The notes under the pieces: model-generated
Database searches by the model: none
The model's input: the letters and a program-made list of their open reading frames with translations, nothing else
What the model was told of the DNA's origin: nothing
Source: the human T2T-CHM13v2.0 reference genome, Homo sapiens
DNA length: 64,000 bases
NCBI RefSeq assembly: GCF_009914755.1
Contig: NC_060925.1
Direction: 5' to 3' (one strand)
Shown here: positions 43,245-59,215 of the stretch, in pieces
How the letters are laid out: each line of letters starts with the position of its first letter
Position numbering within the stretch: position 1 is the first letter of the stretch
Position numbers and translations under genes: made by a program

Positions 43245-43670
43245 TAACTGTGGAGGTTATCTATGAACTGGCTTGCTCAACATCTATTTCATCTCCTTCT
43301 AGTGTACCTTTCTACTCTGCAGAGGCTGGAAAGGCAAAAATGATGGCTAAGGCTTCCTTGCAGGTAAGCTTTCATCCATTTTAAGATTCTGCCTATCAGA
43401 TATATTTGCTTGGGAATTGAAATCAGAATTGAGTGAGTGGGAAAAGAGGCAGGACGTAAAGCATGGATTTGCTGGTATAGGTTGTCATAGCAGAGGTGTG
43501 ACTCTGGGGATAGAAGTGGGAACAACAGCTTCATGATTTAATGAGCAGCTCCTTGTTGTGGTAGAAGCAGCCGTTCCCTTAACAGATCAGTTCTGGGATG
43601 TGACTCTGGGAGTCTTTTTCTGGAAACTCAGTCTAGGACCTGCTTTTCCAGCACCCCCAAGGATTCTGGA
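43245..43670 (+). mobile_element. LTR33-like old ERVL LTR fragment
   Basis: TGCAGAGGCTGGAAAGGC...CTTCCTTGCAG motif resembles the recalled LTR33 consensus. Confidence 0.45.
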
Positions 43671-43836
43671 GAATACTGTAACCACTAGGGCTGCACACAA
43701 GGAGGAAGTGTGATGTTGAGGAAGTGAGAAAAGCCCAGCCCAGTGGAGCACAAAGGGTGAAACATAGGTTGGAGGTCAGCAGGGGCCAGATTGCTATAGG
43801 CCACTGACCTTCTTGGCTCAACCTACGGCACTGTAA

Positions 43837-44270
<434 letters not shown>

Positions 44271-44400
44271 TAGGCTAGATGTAAAGAGCACCTCCTTTTA
44301 GCAGGTGGTTTTAAGACTCAAAGGAAACAAGTGGCTAGTGTTAGAATGACTTTTAGGAGGAGGCCAACAGCCCACTTAGGGCTACATAGAGCAAGTCTTT

Positions 44401-44688
44401 CTTTCTTTTCTTTTTTTTTTTTTGAGATGGAGTTTTGGTCTTGTTGCCCAGGCTGGAGTGCAATGGCGCACCTCTGCCTCCCAGGTTCAAGCGATTCTCC
44501 TGCCTCAGACCCCTGAGTAGCTGGGATTACAGGCATGAGCCACCATGCCCAGCTAATTTTGTATTTTTGGTAGAGATGGGATTTTTCCATGTTGGTCAGG
44601 CTGGTCTCAAACTCCCGACCTCAGGTGATCCACCTGCCTTGGCCTCCCAAAGTGCCGGGATTACAGGCATGAGCCATCGCACCCGGCC
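44401..44688 (-). mobile_element. AluS (Sp/Sq-like)
   Basis: TSD TAGAGCAAGTCTTT. Confidence 0.95.
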
Positions 44689-44975
44689 TAGAGCAAGTCT
44701 TTTGTTGCAGCAGGAAACTGGACTGGATGGCCCTTCATGGACCAGGCAGCCTGGTGATTCCGGACCTCCTCCCAGATTGGCCTCATCTCTCCATTGCTCT
44801 CACCTCTCTGTGGGATCTGACCCAGGGATACAAATGAATCTACCTCTTCATCTTTTCCAGAGAGCATACTTCATGCTGTTTTCTACTTTAAGAATTGTTG
44901 CCCCAGAATAGCCATCTCACATCCACCCCACCCTGGCCTGACTGCCCCACTCATATTATAAATCTCTCAGCACAT

Positions 44976-45290
<315 letters not shown>

Positions 45291-45539
45291 CTATTATGAA
45301 AGCAGATTTCTCCTTTGTGCTTGAAATAAACAGGGCCTAAAAGAATCCCTCTTTCCATATATCTTACTCCAAAGGCCTTCCCCTGTGGGTAACCCACCTC
45401 CTATCCTTCCTTCAGCAATAATCCAGCCCTCTGCCTTTTTATAAACTGTTGTACATCTTTGCATATTTGTATTTGTGTATCTTATCTGTCCCCCAAACAA
45501 GGGGCTTCTCAAAGCCTGGGGGTCTCTAAGGATAGAGGC

Positions 45540-45917
45540 TAACACAGTTCGGATGTTTGTCCCCACCCAGATCTCATGTTGAAATGTAATTCCCAATATT
45601 GGAGGTGGAGCCTGGTGGGAGGTGTTCGGATCATGGAGGCAGATCCCTCAAGAATGGCTTGGGCCATCCCTTTGGTGATGAGTGACCTCTCACTCTGAGA
45701 TCTCTTGCTTGTTCCTCTTTTCTCCATGTGATGTGCCTGCTCCCTCTCCACCTTCCACTATGACTAAGCTTCCTGAGGCCTCCCTAGAAGCCGAGCATAC
45801 GCTGGCATCATGCTTTCTGTAAAGCCTGCAGAACCATGAGGCCATTAAACCTCTTTTCTTTATAAACTACCCAGTCTTAGGTATTTCCTTATAGCAGTGC
45901 AAGAATGGCCTAATACA
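45540..45917 (+). mobile_element. Solo MST (MSTB-like) MaLR LTR
   Basis: ...GGATGTTTGTCCCC...ATTAAACCTCTTTTCTTTATAAA...CTAATACA; TSD GAGGC. Confidence 0.88.
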
Positions 45918-45978
45918 GAGGCTGTCTCTTCCTTCAGACTGAGAACCCCTGGAGAATACGAAATGGTCTTTCCCATCA

Positions 45979-46325
<347 letters not shown>

Positions 46326-46720
46326 CACCAAAATTCAGAGGGGACAGGGGAGGTGGCACACTGCTGTCCTTCTTTTTCCCCTACCATGTAGCACAGGGCC
46401 TGTGGAATGGAAGGGGCGCTGTCAATGTGTGTTGGGTGATGGACTGGATGAATAAATGGTACATCTGTGTGCCTAGGGGGCCCATTCCAGACACCAGGTA
46501 GTAAGGCAGCCAGATGAGTTCTAGGCCTGGCCTTCGAGAGACTCTGAGATGATGGACAAGCTGCTTGTCTGGGCCCCAGTCAACTCACCACTGGACAGAT
46601 CTCTGAGAGATCTGTGGCCCCAAGTTTCTAGAGCCCAGGCTTTACTACTGAGAAGATCCATGGACGTGGGGAAGCACCTACTCATAGTCCCTCAGAGAGT
46701 CTGTGTTTGGTTTACATTGA

Positions 46721-46880
46721 AGCCAGGCATAGTGCCATGTGCCTGTAGTTCTAGCTACTCTGGAGGGTGAGGTGGGAGGATGGGAGCCCGGGAGTTCAAG
46801 GCTGCAGTGAGCTATGATCACGCCACTGTACTCTAGCCCAGGCAACAGAGTGAGACCACCTCCCTAAAAAAATAAAAATG
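46721..46880 (+). mobile_element. FRAM-like Alu right monomer
   Basis: Right arm with an A-tail. Confidence 0.8.
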
Positions 46881-47848
46881 AAGATGAAAATGAAAAAAAC
46901 CAAAAGAGTTTGATTTTCTCACAACAAATAGGTGCCCTGGTTAGTGATGGCTGCCCATTCCATCATTTTTTCAGTCGACTTTCTGAGTCTATCAAACTGC
47001 AGTAAATTCTCCTTTGGCCTCAGGATGGAGCCAGGATCTTCTCCAGTCAAATGTCTCTGAGGCCAGCTGGGGTCAGTGGAAACTGTGGGGAGAGGGATGG
47101 GGAAGAGCAGGTTCTATCTTTGCTCACATCCTGGAGTTGTTTCTGACCTGCCCAGGAGAGGCTGCCCCTCCAGAACTAGACTCTTCCTTGGCTTTAAGAT
47201 GTGAAGTCGAGCAGCTGGAAGGACAGACACCTCATCTGACCACTGTTCTATGGACCAAAGGCAGGATGAGCATGGTAGGTGCAGAGGCTGCAGTTGGAAA
47301 CTTGAAACCCTTGCCTGGGAAATGAAGAGCAAGGCCCTGATTTGGAATGAATATGTTTAAAATAAAAATAATTACACAGAGTTGGAGGAGCTCTTAACAC
47401 AGATGGAGCTCAATCATCCCAATGTATTGATGGAGAAACAGGCTCAGCAAGTTCATGGCAGAAATGGGGCTCCAATCCTCTGTGAGGCTTTGCCCGGTGC
47501 TCTAGCTATCAGGGAACACGAAATCTGTCCAGTGCAACCACCTTCTCTCATCATGTTTGCCACCTGCTTAAGACTCTCCTTCAAGTAAGCAAGTAAGCAG
47601 CATGTTCTTACTGACCACAAAGTAGCCATTGTTGGGGCAACTCTGGCAGTGACCTTGATCGCCTCTAGAATGCAAAATGCACTTGACTTATGCAAATACC
47701 AACACTTAGTGGCCCTTTGACTGCCAGGGAGCATTATGGACCTTTCGCTGAGTTTCACTTGGACATATGAACTTCTGATCTCAACTGACTCATTTAGTTG
47801 GAGCAGGGAATCCCAATGCCTTTGGAAATAGAAAATGGATATGACTCA

Positions 47849-48650
<802 letters not shown>

Positions 48651-48779
48651 GAGCACCAAAACATGTCAAACACAAAATAGACCTGAAACAAAGGAAGAAA
48701 ATAAAGTATTTACCATGCTTGCATTGTAATGAGAATGCACGCAATAACTTCAGGACATTTATGACAATAGGAATTCTTT

Positions 48780-50100
48780 TTAAATTAGTAGATGGTTCTT
48801 TTTAGAACAGCTTTAGATTTACATAAGAATTGTATAGAGTTCCCATATACCGCCCCCTTATCCCAACATATACAGATTTTCCTCTTATTAACATCATGAA
48901 TTAGTGTGGCACACTTGTTAAAATTGACTCAATATTGATATATTATTATTAAAGCCCATAGTATACATTAAGGTTCACCTTTGTGATGTGCAGTTCTATG
49001 GGTTTTGACAAATGCATAATGTCATGTATCCACCATCACCATATCCTACAGAACAGTTTCACTGCCCTGAAAATTCTCTGTGCTCTGCCTGTTCATCCCT
49101 CTGTCCTCCCAAACCCCTGGCAACCACTGATCTTTCTACTGTCTCCATAGTTTTAATTATTCCAGAATGTCATATAGCTGGAGTTATACAGTATATATCC
49201 TTTTCAGATTGAATTAATTTATGCCTTTATGTTCCTCCATGTCTTTTTGTGATTTGATAGCTTATTTCTTTTTGATAGCTTATTTCTTATACTATTGCTA
49301 AATAGCATCCCATTGTATGGCTGTATCAGAGTTTGTTTATACATTCATCTATTGAAAACTCTTTTGGTTGCATCCATTTTGGGAAAATGATGAATAAGGC
49401 TGCTGTAAACATTTGTGTGCAGGTTTTTGAGTGACCATAAGTTTTCAGCTCTGTTGGGTAAATACTTAGGAGTACAATTGCTGGATTGAATGGTAACACT
49501 ATATTTAGCTTTGTAAGAAACTGTCAAATTGGAGCAGGGTGTGGTGGCATGTACCTGTAGTCCCAGCTACTCAGGAGGCTGAGGCAGGAGGGATTTCTTG
49601 GGCCGAGGAGTTTGAGACTGGAGTATGCTATAATCACACTTGTGAATAGCCACTGCACAGATGCACAAAAGAAACTGTCAAACTGTCTTCCAAAGTGGCC
49701 GTGCCATTTTGAATTTCCACTGGCATTGAATGAGAGTCCCTGTTCCACATCCTTGGCAGCATTTGTGGTGTTAACGTTTTGGATTTTAGCCATCCTCGTA
49801 GGTATGTCATAGTTATTTTGATTTGCAATTTCTAATGACATATGATATTGAATGTGTTTTCATATGCTTAACTGTCATCTGTATGTCTTCTTTGGTGAAG
49901 TGTCTGTTCAGATCTTTTGCTCATTTTTTAATTGAGTTATTCATTTTCTTATTTTTGAGTTTTAGGAGTTCACTGTATATTTTGGACACAAGTCCTTTAT
50001 CAGATATGTGTTTTGGAAGCATTTCTCTTAGTCTGTGACTTTTGTATTGTTCACAAAGCAGGAGTTTCATATTTTAATAAAGTCCAACTTAACATTTCTT
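48780..50100 (-). mobile_element. Old L1M (MB/MC) 3' end containing a FAM-like monomer at about 49533-49658
   Basis: L1M 3' UTR motifs. The monomer contains TGTGAATAGCCACTGCAC (FAM/7SL 3' signature) and is flanked by AAGAAACTGTCAAA. Confidence 0.75.
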
Positions 50101-50396
50101 TTCCCAGCTCCACATTCAGCGGTATCATGTTGGTAACTTGGGATCAGCCATATTGGGGGTATTTACACTGAAGAAATTGGCAGACTCTACAAATCAGGGA
50201 TTTCCACCTTCCTTACAAGAGTTGATTGTTAAACCATTTTATAGCACACGACTGCCTCCTATGAACTTTCTATTGAATCATTCCAGTTGGTCTATTACTT
50301 TAGTTATAACTTTTTTTATGTACCAGAGAAGCTTTTTGTTTTGTGTACATATGTAAGATATTGGTATTTTATTTTTCTTTTGATTTAATTTCTCTT

Positions 50397-50675
50397 GGCA
50401 AGGCATGGTAGCTCATGCCTATAATTCTAGGACTTTGGGAGGCAGAGGCAGGAGGACTGCTTGAGGCCAGGAGTTCCAAAACAGCCAGAGCAACATAGCA
50501 AGACCTCATCTCTAAAAAGAAAAAAAAATTAGTCAGCTGTGGTGACATGTGCCTGTAGTCCGAGCTACTTGGGAGGCTTGGGTGGCAGGATCTTTTGAGC
50601 TGAGTAGTTCGAGATGGTAGTGAGCCATTATCACACCACTGCATTCCAGCCTGAGTGACAGAGTGAGACCTTGTC
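50397..50675 (+). mobile_element. AluJ-like (tail displaced to about 50970-50998)
   Basis: Dimer ending GAGACCTTGTC. Confidence 0.9.
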
Positions 50676-50970
50676 TTTTTTTTTCTGAGACAGGGTCACA
50701 CTCTGTCACCCAGGCTGCAGTGCAGTAGCACAATCATGGCTCACTGCAGCCTCTGCCTGTGAGGCTCAAGCGATCCTCCCACCTTAGCCTCCCAAGTAGC
50801 TGGACTACACGTGCACACCACCATGCCCAAGTACTTTTTGAATTTTGGGTAGAGATGGAGTCTCCCTATGTTGCCCAGGCTAGTCTCCGAGTCCTGGGCT
50901 CAAGTGATCCCACCTCAGTCTCCCAAAGTACTGAAGTACTGAGATTACAGGTGTGAGCCATCTCATCCAG
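50676..50970 (-). mobile_element. AluJ-like, inverted and abutting the previous Alu
   Basis: Poly(T) followed by CTGAGACAGGGTCACACTCTGTCACCCAGGCTG... Confidence 0.9.
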
Positions 50971-51078
50971 CAAGACCCTATCTCTTGGAAAAAAAGAATA
51001 ACCAAAATATGTCTAAAGAAGAGAGAAGAGGGATTTTCCTTAGTATATATGAAGACTTAAAAAAAATTACAGTAATTA

Positions 51079-51375
51079 GGCCAGGTTTGGTGGCTCACGC
51101 CTGTAATTCCAGCACTTTGGGAGGCCGAGGCGGGCAGCTTGCCTGAGCTCAGGAGTTCGAGACCAGCTTGGGCAACACGGTGAAACTCTGTCTTTACAAA
51201 AATACAAAAAATTAGCCAGGTGTGGTGGTGTACACTTGTAGTCCCAGCTACTCAGGAGGCTGAGGCAGGAGAATTCCTTGAACCTGGGAGGCAGAGGTTG
51301 CAGTGAGCTGAGATTGCACTGCTGCACTCCAGCCTGGGCGACAGAGTGAGACTCTGTCTCAAACAAAAAAAAAAA
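51079..51375 (+). mobile_element. Alu (S type)
   Basis: TSD AAAAAAATTA(C/T)AGTAATTAGG. Confidence 0.95.
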
Positions 51376-51509
51376 TTATAGTAATTAGGCAGAGTGATAT
51401 TAGGGCAAGTGTAGAAAAATAGATCAAAGCAACATAAGGGAAGCCCAGAAATAGATCTAAGCATAGGTGGAAACTTACGTGATAAAGAAAACATTAAAAT
51501 CAGAGGGGA

Positions 51510-51834
51510 GGCCGGGCGCGGTGGCTCACGCCTGTAATCCCAACACTTTGAGAGGCTGAGGCAGGCGGATCTCCTGAGGTAAGGAGTTCGTGACCAGCCT
51601 CGCCAACATGGTGGAACCTCATCTCTACTAAAAATACAAAAATTAGCCAGGCATGGTGACAGGCCCCCGTAATCCCAGCTTCTCCGGAGGCTAAGGCAGC
51701 AGAATCGCTTGAACCTGGGAGTGGAGGTTGCAGTGAACCAAGATCGTGCCATTGCACTCCAGCCTGGGCGACAAGAGCGAGACTCCGTCTCAAAAAAAAT
51801 AAATAAAAAATAAATACATAAAAATAAAATAAAA
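51510..51834 (+). mobile_element. AluS (Sq/Sp-like)
   Basis: TSD TAAAATCAGAGGGG. Confidence 0.95.
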
Positions 51835-52077
51835 TCAGAGGGGAAACACTGGGCTGTTCAACAAAAGGTGCTGGAATCATTGACTTTCCTTACGGGTAAA
51901 TAAAACTAAATTTCTGCCTCATACTACACATGAAAATAAACTCCAAATGAATTAAAGGATTAAAGCCCTAAGTGTAAAACCCCGAAATTTAGAACCAATA
52001 GGAGAAAGATACTGAGAAAAATATTGTTAAACTCATGTTACAGAGAGGCATGCAGGACTTTGCAAACAAGGTACTAA

Positions 52078-52439
<362 letters not shown>

Positions 52440-53062
52440 TAAAAATGCCATAAATAAAAGACAACTGGCATGCTTACAGAATATATTTGCAACATATATA
52501 GCAAACACTTGTTGTCTTGTTTTCCAATGTGTTGCCTCCTGGAAGCCGCTGATACAGAAGCCTGAGGGAACACACTCCCCACTACGTCCTTCTCCAACAC
52601 AGCAGAGCCAGGAAGGACCCGGATGGAAGTTAGGACAAAGAGGCCCAGAATTGGCACAGATACCAACAGACCATTCGTTGAAGAAGAAATCCAAATGGCC
52701 ATAAGGTGTGTGTAAAAATGCTCAGTTGCACCAACAGCTAGGGGAAGCAAGTGAAAACAATGATACGCAATTTTATACTCATCAGATTGGGAAGAATTGA
52801 CAAATGTGATATTATCAAGTGCTGGCTATGGTGCCGCTAGGAATGTAAACTGGCACATCCATTGAAGAGAGTATTTTAGGAATGACTGGTAACGTTGAAA
52901 ATGTGCATGCCCCTCATCTGACCTATGCAATATGCTTACAAAAAACATTTAACCTGATAATCATGAGGAAGCAATAGGCAAATCCAAATTGGTGAGTATT
53001 CTGCAAGACAACTGGTCTGGGTTCAAGAGCATCAATGTCATTTTAAAAAAGAAACCAGATTA

Positions 53063-53360
<298 letters not shown>

Positions 53361-53559
53361 CAGATTAAAGAACTTTCTAGATTAAAGGACACCAAAGAGC
53401 CACAACAATTAGATGCAATGCCTGATTCTTGTTGGGATTCTGGATCGGAAAAAAGCCAACAAATTGGATATAAAAACCATTATTGGGACAATAGGGGAAA
53501 TTTGTATATTAGATAGTTTTACTGTATACTAGATACAGTATTGTGTTCATGTTCTTGTC

Positions 53560-53860
53560 CCCGCCAAGACTGATGAGCCCCCAGGGACTCAGATAGTCAA
53601 GATTCTAAGCAGGCTGTCAGAGCCTTAACAAGGTTCTGAGCCCAGGACTGAGGTAGGGGTTACTTCGGGCTGAGGGGATTAGCAAAGGCTTGTGAAGTGG
53701 CTAAAGCCGTGACCTGGATATTTCAGGACTCAAATCCACCCGCATTGGAATTCTCTGGGTGACTGCCCAGCCCCTTTGGCAGGACAGCCAGCCACAGGCC
53801 CTGATTGTGCAGGACTTCCTGCCTCTGCAAAGGCAGTCGGGGGCTGAGCAGGGTTCTACC
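53560..53860 (+). promoter_or_regulatory. PLA2G5: Putative proximal promoter of PLA2G5
   Basis: Unique, GC-richer sequence immediately upstream of exon 1. It has ATTGG (reverse CCAAT) at about 53744, an ETS-like ACTTCCT at about 53814, and no clear TATA box. Confidence 0.55.
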
Positions 53861-54106
53861 CGGCTGGGTCCAGGCAGAAGTTTTTCCTCCCCACCTCCGG
53901 GTTTGTCCTCATCATCGGTCACTCCCATTCACAGCTTTAAGATTCTGGAGGCCAAGAATTTGACTCCCCCCGGATCCATGGTCTGTGGATACCAATGTTC
54001 CGACTGGAGACGGGGAGCCCGCGAGACCCGGGTCTCCAGGGTCTGCCCAAGGAAGTTGCTCATGGGAGCAGACCTCTAGAGCAGGATTTGAGGCCAGGCC
54101 AAAGAG
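53860..54106 (+). other. PLA2G5: PLA2G5 non-coding first exon (5' UTR); 5' boundary approximate
   Basis: TGGATACCAATGTTCCGACTGGAGACGGGGAGCCCGCGAGACCCGGGTCTCC...GAGGCCAGGCCAAAGAG matches my recollection of the group V PLA2 cDNA leader, which continues AACCCCAGAGATGAAAGGC. The match ends at the donor GAG|GTTAGT. Confidence 0.8.
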
Positions 54107-54689
54107 GTTAGTTACTGATGGGGGCTGCATAAATTGGGGGTTGTGGAGGGACGCCAGCTGGGAGGGAGAGACTGGAGAAGGGGGTGTGTGGAGAGCCCAA
54201 GAGGAGGCCCAGGGGGAGGTGCGCAGGCACAGCCTCTGTTGAAGGAGTCTCTCTAAGGCTGCTAGGGTCCTTCACCTGTCATTGTCAGGCCTGGAGAGCG
54301 GGCTCTTAAGGAGGCCAGGCCACACCTCAAGGGAAGATGGAGGTTACCGGAAGGTCATACCTAAAATTACGGGCAAAACCAGGGAGAATTATGAACAGGC
54401 TGAGTTAGGACTTGTGTTTACGTTAATCTGAGGCCTTGCTTGGATTTCTTTTTAACCTAAACCACAGGCAAATATTCCCCTTTAGGGAGAGAATTCGCCG
54501 ACATCTATTTAACATCCCTTAATTGTTGAGAGCATCCACTGTGTGCCAGACACTTCGGTACACACAGAAAGAAACCCAGAGGAGGGTAAGATGCCCTTAT
54601 AGGGAGATCTTTCTCCTCCCTTCCTCCATCTCTCCCTCTCTCTCTCTCTCGCTTCCCTCTCTGAAGACGGTCTAGCTTTGGGCTAAGTA

Positions 54690-54920
54690 TACGTGGCCTC
54701 AGGAGTCAAATGGATCAGGACAACTCCGAGCTTTGTCACTGACCAGCTGGGCACAGGTGTGAGTCATTTTTTTTTCTTCAAGCCTCAGTGTCCCAATCTG
54801 CAAAGTGCATATGATGGTAATATCTACCTCATAGGGTCACCCTAGGGATAAAATGAGAGAAGCCCCATAAAGAACTTAGTGTGGTATCTGGGCTCAATAA
54901 GGCATCAGCTATTTTTATTA
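54690..54920 (+). mobile_element. MIR
   Basis: AAGCCTCAGTGTCCCAATCTGCAAAGTG...AATATCTACCTCATAGGG core. Confidence 0.75.
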
Positions 54921-55289
54921 GCCATTCAACAAACATTTTTTCCTAGGACCCAATCTGTGCCATGCAGAGTGCTAGGTGCTGCCAGGGAGAGATAAATGAG
55001 ACACCCTCAAGGATTCACAGTCTAGTTTGTTCATTTGTTGATTGATTTCATCAATAAATATGTATCATGCCCTACACTGAGCACTGGAGATGTCAAAGTA
55101 TTAATAAAAGACACTGTCCCTGTCCGCAGGTTGCTCACAGCCTGGTGGGAGAGACATTGCAACACAATGTGATTGGTGCTGTGAAGAGAGGGAGCACACG
55201 GTACTGGGAGAGCTCAGGGCAGGGGGTTGATCCAGTTCCGGGCAGGGCGATGGATTCACAAGACATTTTGGCAAAGGTAGACCCAGCTT

Positions 55290-56043
<754 letters not shown>

Positions 56044-57241
56044 AAGTACGTTAAGTTTACAAAGATGAGTAGGAGTTGAGTAAGACAAGAAAGGGAGGGA
56101 ATAACAGATGAAAAGGGAACAGGGGGAGGGAGAGAGAGACAGAGAAAGAGAGAGAGAGATTGAAATTAGTGAGTTTAAGGAACTAAAAGCCTTCACATCC
56201 AGCTTATTCCCAGGAATGCGTTAGGGGTGGTATAAGGCAAGGCTGGCGTAGGTTGGGGGCCAAGCTGTGCGAGGCCATGTCCTGTGAGGGGAGACAGGTG
56301 CCTCTGACTTGGGCGGATGTGCTATGTCCTGTTACAGAGGTTAGGAAGATTGACCCAGGAAAAAAGGAGGAAGCCATGAACTCTGCTGGGGAGCTATCAG
56401 GGAAGGTGTCTCAAAAGAGGAGGCACCTCCTCTTAGGCCCAGGGAAAAAGTTTCAGTGTTATTCTAGACGTGACGGACATTCTGAAGGCCTGTTCCCACA
56501 TCCCCTGTCTTAACAGACAGACACTGGGTTAGAAACTTTTCGGTGCTTGCACGGGTGGATTTCACTTTGCATTTGGTCCTCGTAGTGCCTAACGGGACCT
56601 CTGCCCACAAAATTGCTCAAGAAAGATTTGCTGGGTTGGATTGGGATTGAGGCAGGTGGAGTGGCCTTGAATTGTAGATGATTCAGGCTCATGAGCCTAG
56701 AACCTTGGGCACCATCTGTGATCTTGCCAGGCAGAGTGACAGCCTTTCCTAGGGTTTCTCCCTCCTCAAAAAAAGAAGGGACATTAACCACGTGGAAAAA
56801 CAAGTAGATTTTAACCAGTTAGAAAAAGAGAGTGGAGAGCATTTTAGGTGGAGGAAAAACAACAGAAACAAAGACAGAAAGGAAGGTTAGTTCATGGGAG
56901 ATTTCTTAAGAGTGAACAGTTTAATGGATTACATTTTTCAAAGATAAAACATGTATTTGCTATGAAGTTGGTGTGTGGATTGCCTTCTTAGCCAAAGTTA
57001 TGGTGAAAGTTGAACTTGAGCCTGTTATTAACCAATAGCTGTAACATATGTATAAGCTGCATGTGCATGCTAGGCTGACACCCAGATAGAACTAGTGGTG
57101 TGTATCTTTACAGGAAGCTGCCAATTTACAGCCTGGCTGAAACCCACTTGGGGCTGCTTCTACTTCCACATTTAATTGGTTCATCCATCCCATCATTCTT
57201 TTATTCCACAAATAATTATCAGCCACCAGATATGCATTAGG

Positions 57242-57530
<289 letters not shown>

Positions 57531-59049
57531 TTAGGCCCTCTGCTACCTGCTAATAATATAACAAAGAACAAGATGAACATGTTTCCCGCCCTCAGATGCC
57601 TATATTCTAGGGGCAGGCATAAGGCACATGAGCCATAAACAAGTAAGTAAAAGAGAGTTAAAGATGACGGTCAGTGCCATGAAGGGGAAAAACAGGGTGA
57701 CCTTGGGTAGGTAGTCAGGGGAGGCCTCCTGGAGAAGGTGGCATTTAAGGCGAGACCTGGAGGATAAAGAATCAAGGACTAAGTATTCTAGGCAGGGGGA
57801 GCAGGAAATGCAAAAGCTGTTGTTGGAAAAGCTCAGAGAGTTCAAGAATAAGTCAATTCGAGAGCACAGAATGTCAGAGCCTGCGGGCATCCTGGAGCCC
57901 ATCCACTTCTCTCATGCTGGTCATTGCTCTTGTAACATATCTGCACACGACTCTGGCCTGCATAAACTGTTGCAGGGAGGGGGTCCTACAGGGCAGGGAG
58001 CACAAAATAATTGACAGCTCTCTCCATGTTACGGAGCAACTGAAGGGCTTATGAGTTTTCTTTGTTTTTGAACCTTGGCAAAATGTAATTTTAAAAACAT
58101 TTTTTACAGGATAGAACCGAGGCTTCATAACTGACGAAGCTGACTTCATGAGCTTTGACAGATCTTGTCTGCATTTTAAGTGTTTCCAACACTTAAAGAT
58201 TAAGTTCCTTTTCCTGAGAAGTCGAGCGGGGGCATATCCCACCCACTCAGTGCCCACCTCCCATGCGACATTTCTTTTCCTAAAAAGTGGCAAATAAAAA
58301 GTGCCTTCCGGGGAGAGGAAACTCACCACTCCCAAGACAGCTCATTCAATTCCCAGGACACATGAGCTGTTAGAAAAACGTTCTTGGATTGAGCCAAAAT
58401 CTGACTGCTTAGCGCGTCCGTGCCTGGTGGGTGTTGGTTCCGCAATCTGGAGCCACATGGGACAGTTCTGATTCCTCCTACTCCCCACAGCCCTTCAGAG
58501 ATCTGGAGACAGACTGGGTACCCCCAGCCACTTTCCAAACCCAAGTCAGCCCCAATTCCCTCCCTTCTGTCTCCTGTGATCCAGACACCTCCTAAGCCTC
58601 CTCACATGGGGGCCCAGGGCCAGGCACATCCCTCTGGGTGTGGCCTGCTAGGAACCCTCGTTCTGGGCACCACAGTCCTGCCACCACCGCCAAAGATGAC
58701 CACTGCCTCTGTGATGTGACTAGTACTGGGTTTGGGGGTCACGCATGTGATTGCTGAGCTGTGTTACCCACCCTGTCCTTGTGCAGTTCAGCTTTGGGGG
58801 TCTTTGGACAGGGCCTATTCACTCTCTTCTTATAGAACTCAGGTTATCTTGTTCTTGATCAAGATCAGGATAAGATCAGGACAAGATCAAGATCCAACCT
58901 CCTTAGCCTGACCCCCAAGGGCCTTTGTGACCTACCCAGCTCCATCTCTTTGGCCAGTCCTTCCCACCATTCCTGAATTCCTACTAAACACTTGAAGAAA
59001 GTTTCTGAGCAGTCACTTGGGGGCATGTCCCACCATCCTGTTAAAAATA

Positions 59050-59215
59050 ACCAGTATTTATTGAGACCTTACTATGTGCCTAAACATCTACCGTGTATCA
59101 ACTCAGAACATAGACATGAGACAGGTACAATTATTTACCCAATTATTCATGATGGTGAACTAAGGCACAGAGCAGTTAAGAAAGTTGCCAGAGGTCACAC
59201 AGCTAATAAGTGGTC
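59050..59215 (-). mobile_element. MIR
   Basis: GAACTAAGGCACAGAGCAGTTAAG...GGTCACACAGCTAATAAGTGG. Confidence 0.75.

Noticed and set aside
49533-49658. 7SL RNA gene
   Set aside because: It lacks the S domain and is diverged with a TSD, so it is a FAM-type monomer retrocopy.
53759-54242. ORFs over exon 1 as the PLA2G5 CDS
   Set aside because: They have no signal peptide, Ca-binding loop or His-Asp motif. The sPLA2 coding exons lie outside the window.
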